A DNA stretch of 28,053 nt from an uncultured Gammaproteobacteria bacterium. Its GTDB lineage: Bacteria; Pseudomonadota; Gammaproteobacteria; Pseudomonadales; Azotimanducaceae. Where the stretch lies: NCBI GenBank assembly GCA_913043075.1, contig CAJWLI010000001.1, positions 1 to 28,053 of the forward strand, read 5' to 3'. Made by a program: the position numbers and the translations under genes. Under the pieces are notes generated by a model. It searched no databases, was not told the DNA's origin, and was given only the letters and a program-made list of their open reading frames with translations. Of this stretch, positions 1 through 8,110 are shown piece by piece; within the stretch, counting starts at the first letter, position 1, and every line of letters starts with the position of its first letter.

Positions 1-1
1 C

Positions 2-763
2 GGTTTAGCTGGTTTTCCGATGGTGGAACCTGGCGATGACCTAGCGCAATTTATTATTGATGCGATCAAAGATAACAAGCGCCAGTTACAAGACGGAGAT
101 GTAATCGTTATTGCCCAGAAGGTTGTTTCGAAAGCGGAGAATAGATACTTAGATCTGCGGACAATAGAACCTTCCGAGAGAGCGATAGAGCTATCAAAAA
201 AAGTTCAGAAGGATCCGAGGAAGGTACAAGCAATTTTAAATGAATCCAATGAAGTAGTAAGGGCTGTGCCTGGTGTGCTCATTGTAGAACAAAAGAACGG
301 TTTTGTTCAGGCGAACGCGGGGATAGATCAATCAAACATTGATGTCCCAGGTGTTGATCCGGAAGAGGTTTGTTTGCTGTTGCCAGAGAACTCTGACGAG
401 AGCGCAGCTAAAATTAGGGAGAAGATTAGAGGAGCTTCGGGACGAGAAGTCGGTGTCATAATTAATGATTCACTTGGCAGGCCATGGCGAGTTGGTACCT
501 TAGGCCTGGCCATAGGTGTTTCTGGTTTCACAGCCCTAGAAGACTACATCGGCGGGCAAGATATTTACGGCCGTGAGCTGCAGGTTACTCAGGTAGGTGC
601 TGCAGATGAGCTCGCTGCAGGTGCTTCTATAGTAATGGGTCAAACGACCGAAAAAACGCCAGTAGTGTTAGTTCGGGGATACCACCCCAAGGAGCCGATG
701 GAGGATGGATTGAAAGGCGTAGGCCCATTGATTCGTGCCAAGGAATTCGACCTGTTCAGGTAG
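2..763 (+). CDS. cofE: Coenzyme F420-0:L-glutamate ligase (stand-alone CofE), 5' end outside the window
   Basis: The frame is open from base 2 (GLAGFPMVEPGDDL...), so the ATG at 20 is internal. CofE motifs: GDVIVIAQKVVSKAE, NAGIDQSN, DSLGRPWR, ADELAAGASIVMGQ..E..PVVLVRG and the C-terminal DLFR. TAG at 761-763, with no C-terminal nitroreductase domain. Confidence 0.95.
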   Translation, partial: GLAGFPMVEPGDDLAQFIIDAIKDNKRQLQDGDVIVIAQKVVSKAENRYLDLRTIEPSERAIELSKKVQKDPRKVQAILNESNEVVRAVPGVLIVEQKNGFVQANAGIDQSNIDVPGVDPEEVCLLLPENSDESAAKIREKIRGASGREVGVIINDSLGRPWRVGTLGLAIGVSGFTALEDYIGGQDIYGRELQVTQVGAADELAAGASIVMGQTTEKTPVVLVRGYHPKEPMEDGLKGVGPLIRAKEFDLFR

Positions 764-770
764 GTTAGCA

Positions 771-1745
771 ATGAGCGAAAAAAATAAAGAGCGCGTCCTT
801 GCGCTTTCTGGCGGAGTCGGAGGATCGAAGCTGGCCTTTGGGCTCTCCAAGATGTTGCCTCCTGATCAGCTGACGATTTTAGCGAATACTGGAGATGATT
901 TTGAGCACTTAGGCTTTACTATCTGCCCGGACATTGATTCTTTGCTTTATAGTCTTTCTGGGATCAACAACAGCAAGTTAGGTTGGGGCCAAAAGGGGGA
1001 GACCTGGAATTTTTTGTCGGCACTGGAGCGTTTGGGAGGAGAGACTTGGTTTAAGCTTGGTGATCGAGATCTAGCAACTCATATTTTTCGGGCAGCAAAG
1101 CTCAAAGAAGGCTTGTCCCTTTCGGAGGTGACTATGCTGCTTGCCGATGGAATGGGCGCATCCCATCGAATTTTGCCTATGACTGACCAGCCCGTCAGGA
1201 CTATGATTCAGTGTGAACTGGGTTCTCTGAGCTTTCAAAATTACTTTGTAAAAGAGAGATGCGAGCCCAAAGTCAAGGACATCAGTTTCGAGGGGATCGA
1301 ATCCGCTATCTTAAACCCTGCCGCTCTTGATCTTATTGAGCAAGGATTGAAAGCAGTTATCATCTGCCCGTCTAACCCATTTTTATCTATCGACCCCATT
1401 CTATCGCTTGATGGTGTTGTCAATGCAATAAAAAAGCAAGGCTGCCCTGTGATCGCCGTCTCAAACATAATCGGCGGCGCCGCTCTGAAAGGACCCGCAG
1501 CTAAATTGATGAGCGAGCTGGGCATGGCTGAGTCTGCTTTAGGGGTCGCCAGGTACTATCAGGAACGTTACCCGGGGCTATTGACTGATTTTGTTTTAGA
1601 TCAAAAAGACAAAAATCTTGAAAATGATATCGCAACGCTTAACTTGTCGACTTCAGTGACCCAAACGTTAATGAATTCCTCGGAGCGCAAAAAGAAGCTG
1701 GCTGCCCATATCTTGAACTTAGCTTCTAAGGCATTGTCGTTTTGA
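771..1745 (+). CDS. cofD: 2-phospho-L-lactate/EPPG:Fo transferase (CofD/FbiA)
   Basis: Motifs ALSGGVGGSKL, NTGDDF, ICPDIDS, LGDRDLATH, PMTD, FQNYFV and IICPSNPFLSIDPIL. ATG 771, 7 bp after the cofE stop, is preferred over the track's GTG 735, which overlaps cofE. Confidence 0.95.
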   Translation: MSEKNKERVLALSGGVGGSKLAFGLSKMLPPDQLTILANTGDDFEHLGFTICPDIDSLLYSLSGINNSKLGWGQKGETWNFLSALERLGGETWFKLGDRDLATHIFRAAKLKEGLSLSEVTMLLADGMGASHRILPMTDQPVRTMIQCELGSLSFQNYFVKERCEPKVKDISFEGIESAILNPAALDLIEQGLKAVIICPSNPFLSIDPILSLDGVVNAIKKQGCPVIAVSNIIGGAALKGPAAKLMSELGMAESALGVARYYQERYPGLLTDFVLDQKDKNLENDIATLNLSTSVTQTLMNSSERKKKLAAHILNLASKALSF

Positions 1746-2440
1746 ATAAGGTGTGTGCAGTTATTCCAATTGGAGATCTTTCATGCGCAAAGAGTCGACT
1801 TTCCAGCGTCCTAAGCAGAGAAGAAAGAACTAAGTTTTTTATAGCCATGGTGAAGGACGTGTTAAGTGCACTTAGCAAGTGTACTAAAGTCCAGTCGATA
1901 ATGGTGGTTACGAACGATGGAGAGGCGGCCTCCTTAGCCAATTCTTATGGAGCCGTGGTAAAGCCGGAACCCGAACATCCAGGATTAATCCAATCTGTGA
2001 CCCACGCTGCAGCGTTACTTGAAAAAGCTTACGCAGATATCATGTTATTTTTGCCAGGAGACGTGCCGTTGATAAACACTGAAGAGTTAGAGGCCGTTAT
2101 AGACGGCCTAAGCCAGTCAAAGGCTAGTGGACTAGTAATTGTTCCTTCTAAAGACTTTGGAGGCACGAACTGTATGGCTATATCCCCTCCAAGTGCGATA
2201 GACTTCCAGTTCGGGAAGGACAGTTACAGAAAGCACATTAAGAACGCGAGGAGCAAAGGAATTGAACCAGAAACGCTCACCTTGCCCGGCTTAGGTATGG
2301 ATATAGATACGCCTGAGGACCTTATGGTATTAATTAGGACGATTGGGGATACAAACCAGAACTTGGTTTCAAGCAGCACCTTTAATTACTTGAAGTCGAG
2401 CGGAATAGCAGAGCGTTTAACTAAACTATCTGGGGTATAA
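1742..2440 (+). CDS. cofC: Phosphoenolpyruvate/2-phospholactate guanylyltransferase (CofC/FbiD)
   Basis: Motifs AKSRL, PGDVP, GGTN, FGKDS..H and DIDTPED. The TTG start overlaps the cofD TGA (TTGA at 1742-1745); GTG 1751 is an alternative start. Confidence 0.93.
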   Translation: MNKVCAVIPIGDLSCAKSRLSSVLSREERTKFFIAMVKDVLSALSKCTKVQSIMVVTNDGEAASLANSYGAVVKPEPEHPGLIQSVTHAAALLEKAYADIMLFLPGDVPLINTEELEAVIDGLSQSKASGLVIVPSKDFGGTNCMAISPPSAIDFQFGKDSYRKHIKNARSKGIEPETLTLPGLGMDIDTPEDLMVLIRTIGDTNQNLVSSSTFNYLKSSGIAERLTKLSGV

Positions 2441-2447
2441 CAAACCG

Positions 2448-4955
2448 ATGACGATTCAAAATATCCTTTTGAAGGAAGCTCTAGAGAGAAGGCTGAGCGA
2501 TGACGAGATACTCGCGCTAGGATCTTTTTCTGATACTGAGATGTTGTCCCTAGCGGCCAGACAAATAAGGGACGCTGGACACCAGAATTTGGTCTCATAC
2601 TCCCGCAAGGTCTTTATCCCGCTCACTCATCTTTGCCGAGATGTTTGCCATTACTGCACCTTTGCACAGGTGCCCCGAAAACTTAAAGCCCCTTATTTAA
2701 AACCGGAAGAGGTTCTAAAAATTGCTAGGGACGGAGCAGATGCTGGTTGTAAAGAGGCTTTGTTTACCCTGGGCGATAAGCCAGAGCTGCGTTATAAGGC
2801 GGCTAGGGAGGGGCTTAAAGAGCTCAAACAGGATTCAACTCTCTCGTACCTCAAGGACATGGCTCAACTCGTTCTGGATGAAACAGGGTTGTTCCCTCAC
2901 CTCAACCCTGGGCTGATGAGTGAATCGGAGGTTAAAGAACTTCGTTCTGTTTCAGTTTCTATGGGAATTATGCTGGAGAGTGATTCAGATAGGTTAACTG
3001 AAAAAGGTATGCCGCATTATGGATCCCCCGACAAGATCCCTGCTCGGCGAATCGAGACTCTGGAAAACGCTGGTAGGGCTAAGGTGCCTTTTACTTCAGG
3101 CATTTTAATTGGGATTGGGGAAACAAGAGAAGAACGAGTGAAATCAATCTTAACTCTACGAAGGCTGAGTGAAGAATTTGGACATATTCAAGAGATCATT
3201 GTCCAGAATTTTAGAGCGAAGCCAGAAACACTCATGGCCAAAGCCCCCGAGCCTGATTTGAACGAACTGCTATGGACGATTGCCTTGGCAAGAATCGCGT
3301 TCGGTGCTGAGATGAATATCCAGGCCCCGCCAAATTTAAGCCCCGGTGTTTTTGAAAAAATAGTTGGAGCAGGGATTAACGACTGGGGAGGTGTCTCTCC
3401 GGTTACCCCAGATTTTGTAAACCCAGAAGCTCCATGGCCTCATTTGGTTGATTTGGCCGACAGAACAAGGGGTGCAGGGAAGCTTCTGCTAGAAAGGCTT
3501 GCACTATATCCCAGCCATGCTAACGACCTCGACAAATGGGTGGATCCGTCTATTCGCCCGATAGTTTTACAAGCAATTGACGGCTCTGGTTTTGCGCGTT
3601 CAGAGACATGGAGTGCGGGCGACTTAATTCCCCCTCCTCAGCTTGATATAGGTTTGGTTTCGGCTATTCCAAGAGATCGTGTGTCAAGTGACATAACCTA
3701 TATCCTTGAAAAAGCAATTAGCGAAAGAGGATCTCTATCTGAGGCTGAAATCGAGAGAATGATGCAGGCAAGAGGCTCTGATTTTACTGCAGTTTGCCAG
3801 GCCGCGGATAAATATAGAAAAGTAGTGGCAGGTGACGAAGTTACCTACTGCGTAAACCGAAACATTAATTACACAAATATCTGCTATTTCAAATGCCAAT
3901 TTTGCGCTTTTTCAAAGGGCAAAATGAGCGAAAATTTAAGAGGTCGGCCCTACGATCTTTCCCATGAAGAGATTATGAGACGAACAAAGGAGGCTTGGGA
4001 CAGAGGTGCCAGTGAGGTGTGTCTTCAAGGGGGAATTCATCCAGAATATGATGGCAATACCTATATTGACATATGCCGTTCTATTAAACAGGTGGTTCCT
4101 GAGATGCACATCCATGCTTTTTCACCGCTTGAGGTTTGGCAAGGAGCAAAAACTCTGGGACTGCCCATACCAGACTTTTTGAGAGAGCTTAAAGAAGCGG
4201 GGCTGGGAACACTTCCAGGCACTGCCGCTGAGATTCTTGATGATGAAGTTAGGAAGGATCTATGCCCAGACAAGATCAATACTTCACAGTGGCTCGAGGT
4301 AATGGAGGCAGCGCACAACGAGGGTTTCAACACCACTGCTACGATAATGTACGGGCATCTTGAGCGCTACCGTCACGTGGCGAAGCATCTGCTACGCGTA
4401 AAAAATCTCCAGATGAAAACGGGAGGTTTTACTGAGTTTGTTATATTGCCTTATATTCACATGGAATCCCCCCTTTATCTCAAAGGTAAAGCCAGGAAGG
4501 GCCCTACATTTCGAGAGGCCGTGCTAATTCACGCGGTGTCACGTTTAGTTTTGTCTCCCCATTTCAAGAATATTCAGGCGTCTTGGACCAAGCTGGGGCA
4601 TGAGGGCATAAAAGCCTGTTTGAGAGCTGGTGTAAACGATATCGGGGGTACTTTAATGAATGAGACCATTACACGAGCGGCAGGTGCTTCCCACGGACAA
4701 GAGACTACCCCAGACGAGATGGAAAAGTTGATCAAAAGTGTAGGTAGGCAGCCAAGGCAGCGAACCACTTCATATGGACACGTTTCAGAGCTTCAGCGTC
4801 AGAAATCCCTTGGGGCTGGGGATCTAGCTGAGCCTGTCTATGCTAGCGCAGAAAAATATGAGAGAAAATCAAGCCGCAAAAAGTCAAAACTAGTCCGCCC
4901 AGGTATTGATAATCTTGGAGGAGAGGAAAAAATAACAAGCGCCGATATTGTTTAG
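2448..4955 (+). CDS. fbiC: Bifunctional Fo synthase, CofG-CofH fusion (FbiC) with two radical SAM domains
   Basis: 835 aa with two CxxxCxxC motifs: CRDVCHYC (nt 2634-2657) after SYSRKVFIPLT, and CYFKCQFC (nt 3882-3905) after NRNINYTNI. Also NDWGGVSPVT.D.VNPE.PWP (CofG) and GTLMNETITRAAGA (CofH). Confidence 0.96.
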   Translation: MTIQNILLKEALERRLSDDEILALGSFSDTEMLSLAARQIRDAGHQNLVSYSRKVFIPLTHLCRDVCHYCTFAQVPRKLKAPYLKPEEVLKIARDGADAGCKEALFTLGDKPELRYKAAREGLKELKQDSTLSYLKDMAQLVLDETGLFPHLNPGLMSESEVKELRSVSVSMGIMLESDSDRLTEKGMPHYGSPDKIPARRIETLENAGRAKVPFTSGILIGIGETREERVKSILTLRRLSEEFGHIQEIIVQNFRAKPETLMAKAPEPDLNELLWTIALARIAFGAEMNIQAPPNLSPGVFEKIVGAGINDWGGVSPVTPDFVNPEAPWPHLVDLADRTRGAGKLLLERLALYPSHANDLDKWVDPSIRPIVLQAIDGSGFARSETWSAGDLIPPPQLDIGLVSAIPRDRVSSDITYILEKAISERGSLSEAEIERMMQARGSDFTAVCQAADKYRKVVAGDEVTYCVNRNINYTNICYFKCQFCAFSKGKMSENLRGRPYDLSHEEIMRRTKEAWDRGASEVCLQGGIHPEYDGNTYIDICRSIKQVVPEMHIHAFSPLEVWQGAKTLGLPIPDFLRELKEAGLGTLPGTAAEILDDEVRKDLCPDKINTSQWLEVMEAAHNEGFNTTATIMYGHLERYRHVAKHLLRVKNLQMKTGGFTEFVILPYIHMESPLYLKGKARKGPTFREAVLIHAVSRLVLSPHFKNIQASWTKLGHEGIKACLRAGVNDIGGTLMNETITRAAGASHGQETTPDEMEKLIKSVGRQPRQRTTSYGHVSELQRQKSLGAGDLAEPVYASAEKYERKSSRKKSKLVRPGIDNLGGEEKITSADIV

Positions 4956-4968
4956 AAAGGGAGATTAA

Positions 4969-5964
4969 ATGAGCATACGTCAGAGGGTAGCGTTGACTTT
5001 GCCAGATCCGCGAGGAGTGAACGCAACGATTGAGATGGCTAGGCGCGCTGAGGCAGAGGGTTATGATGACCTTTGGTTCGCTGATTCGGGCGGCGTTGAC
5101 GCGTTGACGACCGCGGCCGCGGTCGCGATTAACACTAAGAGGGTTAGAATTGGTACGGCTATCATCCCCGTCTACACCCGCACACCGGCGGTTCTTGCGT
5201 CTACGACTCGCGTTTTGTGGGAGTTGTCAGAGGGACGCTTTATTCTCGGTCTTGGCTCGTCTAGTCAAACTATGATGGAAAACTGGAACGGTCAAAAGTT
5301 CGAAAAACCATTAACTCGGGTCAAGGAAACAACACAGTTAGTTAAGTCGATTCTTAGAGGCGAGAAGACAGATTACTCTGGTGAGACAGTAAAAAGCCGT
5401 GGCTACAAACAGATTCCTGTAGAAGATGGGGTGCAACCAGTTTATATGGCTGCATTGCGACCAGGCATGCTGGAGGCAGCTGCAGAGTTCTCCGATGGTG
5501 TAATTCTTAATTTATTCCCGAAAGAAGCTCTACCGAAAATGATGGAACATATCAGAATTGGAGCAGAAAGGGCTGGAAAGAGACTTGAGGATGTTGAGGT
5601 TGTCTGCAGACATCAAGTTGTAGTTACTGACGATAAAGAGAATTCAAGGAATTTAATACGTGCGGGCTTTGCCCCTTATTACGCCACCCCAGTTTACAAT
5701 AAATTTTTGGCATGGTGTGGCTACGAAGATGTGGCCGAGTCAATAAGAGATGGTTGGGCGTCCAAAGATAGAGATAAAACTACTAGCGCGTTGAGTGATA
5801 AGCTTGTTGAAGACATAGCTATTTTAGGCTCTGAGGAGCAGTGTCATGACCGTATAAGAGAATATGCGGAGATGGGGATTACTACTCATATTATCTCCTG
5901 TGTTTCTCCGAAAGATTCACAGCGAACCTTTCAAGCCTTTTCTGGCAATAAATTTAGTATTTGA
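4969..5964 (+). CDS. LLM-class (luciferase-like) oxidoreductase, probably F420-dependent, Mer-like
   Basis: Motifs AEAEGYDDLW, RIGTAIIPVYTRTP, SEGRFILGLG and ADGVILN-like. SD-like AAAGGGAG upstream; 13 bp after fbiC. Confidence 0.85.
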   Translation: MSIRQRVALTLPDPRGVNATIEMARRAEAEGYDDLWFADSGGVDALTTAAAVAINTKRVRIGTAIIPVYTRTPAVLASTTRVLWELSEGRFILGLGSSSQTMMENWNGQKFEKPLTRVKETTQLVKSILRGEKTDYSGETVKSRGYKQIPVEDGVQPVYMAALRPGMLEAAAEFSDGVILNLFPKEALPKMMEHIRIGAERAGKRLEDVEVVCRHQVVVTDDKENSRNLIRAGFAPYYATPVYNKFLAWCGYEDVAESIRDGWASKDRDKTTSALSDKLVEDIAILGSEEQCHDRIREYAEMGITTHIISCVSPKDSQRTFQAFSGNKFSI

Positions 5965-5991
5965 ATAAATCGACTTAAAAGAGGAAAAAAT

Positions 5992-6999
5992 ATGATAGTA
6001 GACGGTGGTATATCAACTGATAATCTCGCAGGTGTCCCAGCCCATGCCAAGAGACTCGAGGCACTTGGCTATCATGGCGCAGTTACGGCTGAAACATCGC
6101 ACGACCCATTCTTTCCCCTTTTGCTCGCGGCAGAGCACACAGAAAAAATTCAATTGGTTACATCAATTGCCGTCGCTTTCGCGCGAACGCCGATGAATTT
6201 GGCGAACATCGGGCATGACCTTAATAGCTTTTCGAAAGGACGTTTTGTTTTGGGCTTGGGATCTCAAATAAGACCTCATGTTACGAAACGATTTAGCATG
6301 CCCTGGTCAAAGCCAGCCGCCAGGATGCGGGAATTCATTTCTGCGATGCGGGCTATCTGGGACTGCTGGCATAATGGCTCACAGCTTTCCTTTAAAGGTG
6401 ATTTCTACGACCACTCGCTTATGACACCAATGTTCACGCCTTTGGATAGCGAATATGGCGCCCCACGGGTAATGCTGGCGGCGGTCGGTCCGTTGATGAC
6501 TGAGGTCGCAGGCGAGGTAGCGGACGGAGTTATTATTCATTCTTTTACGACGAAAAAATATTTACAGGAAGTGACGCTTCCTGCTGTTGAAAAGGGTCTT
6601 GAAAAGGCGGGCCGGTCAAGGTCGGACTTCCAGATATCGTACCCGGGCTTCATTGTGACTGGCAAAAATGAGGAAGAGTTCAATGCTACAAAAAAAGCGG
6701 TGTGCAAGCAGATAGCATTTTATGGCTCTACTCCTGCCTATGCGCCGGTTCTTGGTTCTCATGGTTGGGGAGATTTGCAGCCTGAATTGAATAAATTATC
6801 AAAGATGGGGAATTGGGATGAAATGGGATCTCTCATCACTGATGAGATTCTAAACGAATTTGCCATAGTGGGAGAACTGGATCAGGTGGTGGATAAGTTC
6901 AAAAATCGATACTCTGGTCTAGTTGACCGAACTATGGGATCTTTGCCCGCGCGTGATGACGAACACGCCAAAGAATTATTAAGGAACTTGAGCGCTTAA
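5992..6999 (+). CDS. LLM-class F420-dependent oxidoreductase, MSMEG_2256-like (TIGR03617-like)
   Basis: Strings I recall as typical of the family: AETSHDPF.PL.LAAEHT, VAFARTPM, LGLGSQIRPH..KRFSMPWS.PAARMREF and IAFYGSTPAY. SD GAGG upstream. Confidence 0.85.
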   Translation: MIVDGGISTDNLAGVPAHAKRLEALGYHGAVTAETSHDPFFPLLLAAEHTEKIQLVTSIAVAFARTPMNLANIGHDLNSFSKGRFVLGLGSQIRPHVTKRFSMPWSKPAARMREFISAMRAIWDCWHNGSQLSFKGDFYDHSLMTPMFTPLDSEYGAPRVMLAAVGPLMTEVAGEVADGVIIHSFTTKKYLQEVTLPAVEKGLEKAGRSRSDFQISYPGFIVTGKNEEEFNATKKAVCKQIAFYGSTPAYAPVLGSHGWGDLQPELNKLSKMGNWDEMGSLITDEILNEFAIVGELDQVVDKFKNRYSGLVDRTMGSLPARDDEHAKELLRNLSA

Positions 7000-7036
7000 A
7001 AAAGAAGATAGAGATTAATTACACAAGGAATAAGAC

Positions 7037-8071
7037 ATGAAGCTAGGAATTTTAAATGGTCTAGGCGGAAAAAATATCGCGATAGATATCAATAGAATAA
7101 AGGCAGCAGAGAGTATGGGTTATGACTCTGTCTGGACAGCAGAAGCTTACGGATCAGATGCTGTAACTCCGGCAGCCTGGATTCTCGCTCACACCGAAAA
7201 GATCAAGGTTGGAACAGCCATAATGCAAATGCCTGGACGCAGTCCAGCTTGCACCGCCAGTACTGCGATGACCCTCAATCAGCTCTCAAATGGACGATTT
7301 ATAGTCGGTCTAGGTGCTTCTGGCCCTCAAGTCGTGGAGGGTTGGCACGGGGTAGCATACGGCAGACCTATGACTAGAACAAAAGAATACATTGACATCA
7401 TGCGAAAGATATTCGCTAGAGAAGAACCGGTAGAGCATCAGGGGTTCCATTATAGTATGCCTTACCAGGGCGAAGACGGGACTGGACTTGGCAAGCCTTT
7501 AAAAAGCATGTTGGCAGCTGATACTTCAATAAAGATCTATACTGCTGCGATTACACCAAAAGGCTTAGAGACCTCAGGCGAGGTAGCAGACGGAGTGTTC
7601 CCTATATGGATGCCTCCAGAAAAAACCGATGTCTTGGTTGACTCTATTCAGAGTGGGCTCAGCAAATCCGGCAGGTCATTGGTTGAATACGATGTTGCCC
7701 CTTTTGTCACTGTCATGATTGGGGATAATCTTGATCATTGCAGAATGCCAATAAAAGGAAACATGGCGCTTTACATTGGCGGCATGGGAGCTCGGAACAA
7801 AAATTTCTATAATGACTATGCTAAAGCCTTGGGATATGAAGACGCCGCGATAAAGATCCAGGATCTTTTCTTGTCTGGAAAGAAAGATGAAGCCATGGCG
7901 GCGGTTCCAGACGAACTGGTCGATGCGTGCCATCTGGTAGGTCCAGTTGAGCGAATCAAAGAACGTCTGCAGGTTTGGAAGGAAGCCAGTGCCTCCGGAA
8001 AAATTGGTAGCATGTTAATTGGCGCGGGTCAGCAAGAAGCGTTGGAGCTAGTTGCGGGAGAAATGCTTTAG
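7037..8071 (+). CDS. LLM-class F420-dependent oxidoreductase, Rv3520c-like (TIGR03559-like)
   Basis: Strings GYDSVWTAEAYGSDA.TP.AWI, GLGASGPQVVEGWHG and ALYIGGMGAR.KNFYN, recalled as the Rv3520c family pattern. SD AAGGA upstream. Confidence 0.85.
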   Translation: MKLGILNGLGGKNIAIDINRIKAAESMGYDSVWTAEAYGSDAVTPAAWILAHTEKIKVGTAIMQMPGRSPACTASTAMTLNQLSNGRFIVGLGASGPQVVEGWHGVAYGRPMTRTKEYIDIMRKIFAREEPVEHQGFHYSMPYQGEDGTGLGKPLKSMLAADTSIKIYTAAITPKGLETSGEVADGVFPIWMPPEKTDVLVDSIQSGLSKSGRSLVEYDVAPFVTVMIGDNLDHCRMPIKGNMALYIGGMGARNKNFYNDYAKALGYEDAAIKIQDLFLSGKKDEAMAAVPDELVDACHLVGPVERIKERLQVWKEASASGKIGSMLIGAGQQEALELVAGEML

Positions 8072-8110
8072 TAATGCATTCCGAGTAAAAAAATTTCAAA
8101 TTCAGATTAT

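Noticed and set aside
20-22. ATG at 20 as the cofE start
   Set aside because: The frame is open to the window edge, and the upstream residues GLAGFP fit the usual CofE N-terminus.
735-770. Track N-terminal extension of CofD; likewise 19061 for the CoA-transferase, 21387 for the MDR and 21378 for the kinase
   Set aside because: Downstream starts fit family N-termini or SD spacing better and avoid overlaps with neighbouring genes or promoters.
4780-4955. Basic C-terminal tail of FbiC (…RKSSRKKSKL…) as an extra domain
   Set aside because: About 55 low-complexity residues with no recognisable motif. Variable tails are expected in this family.
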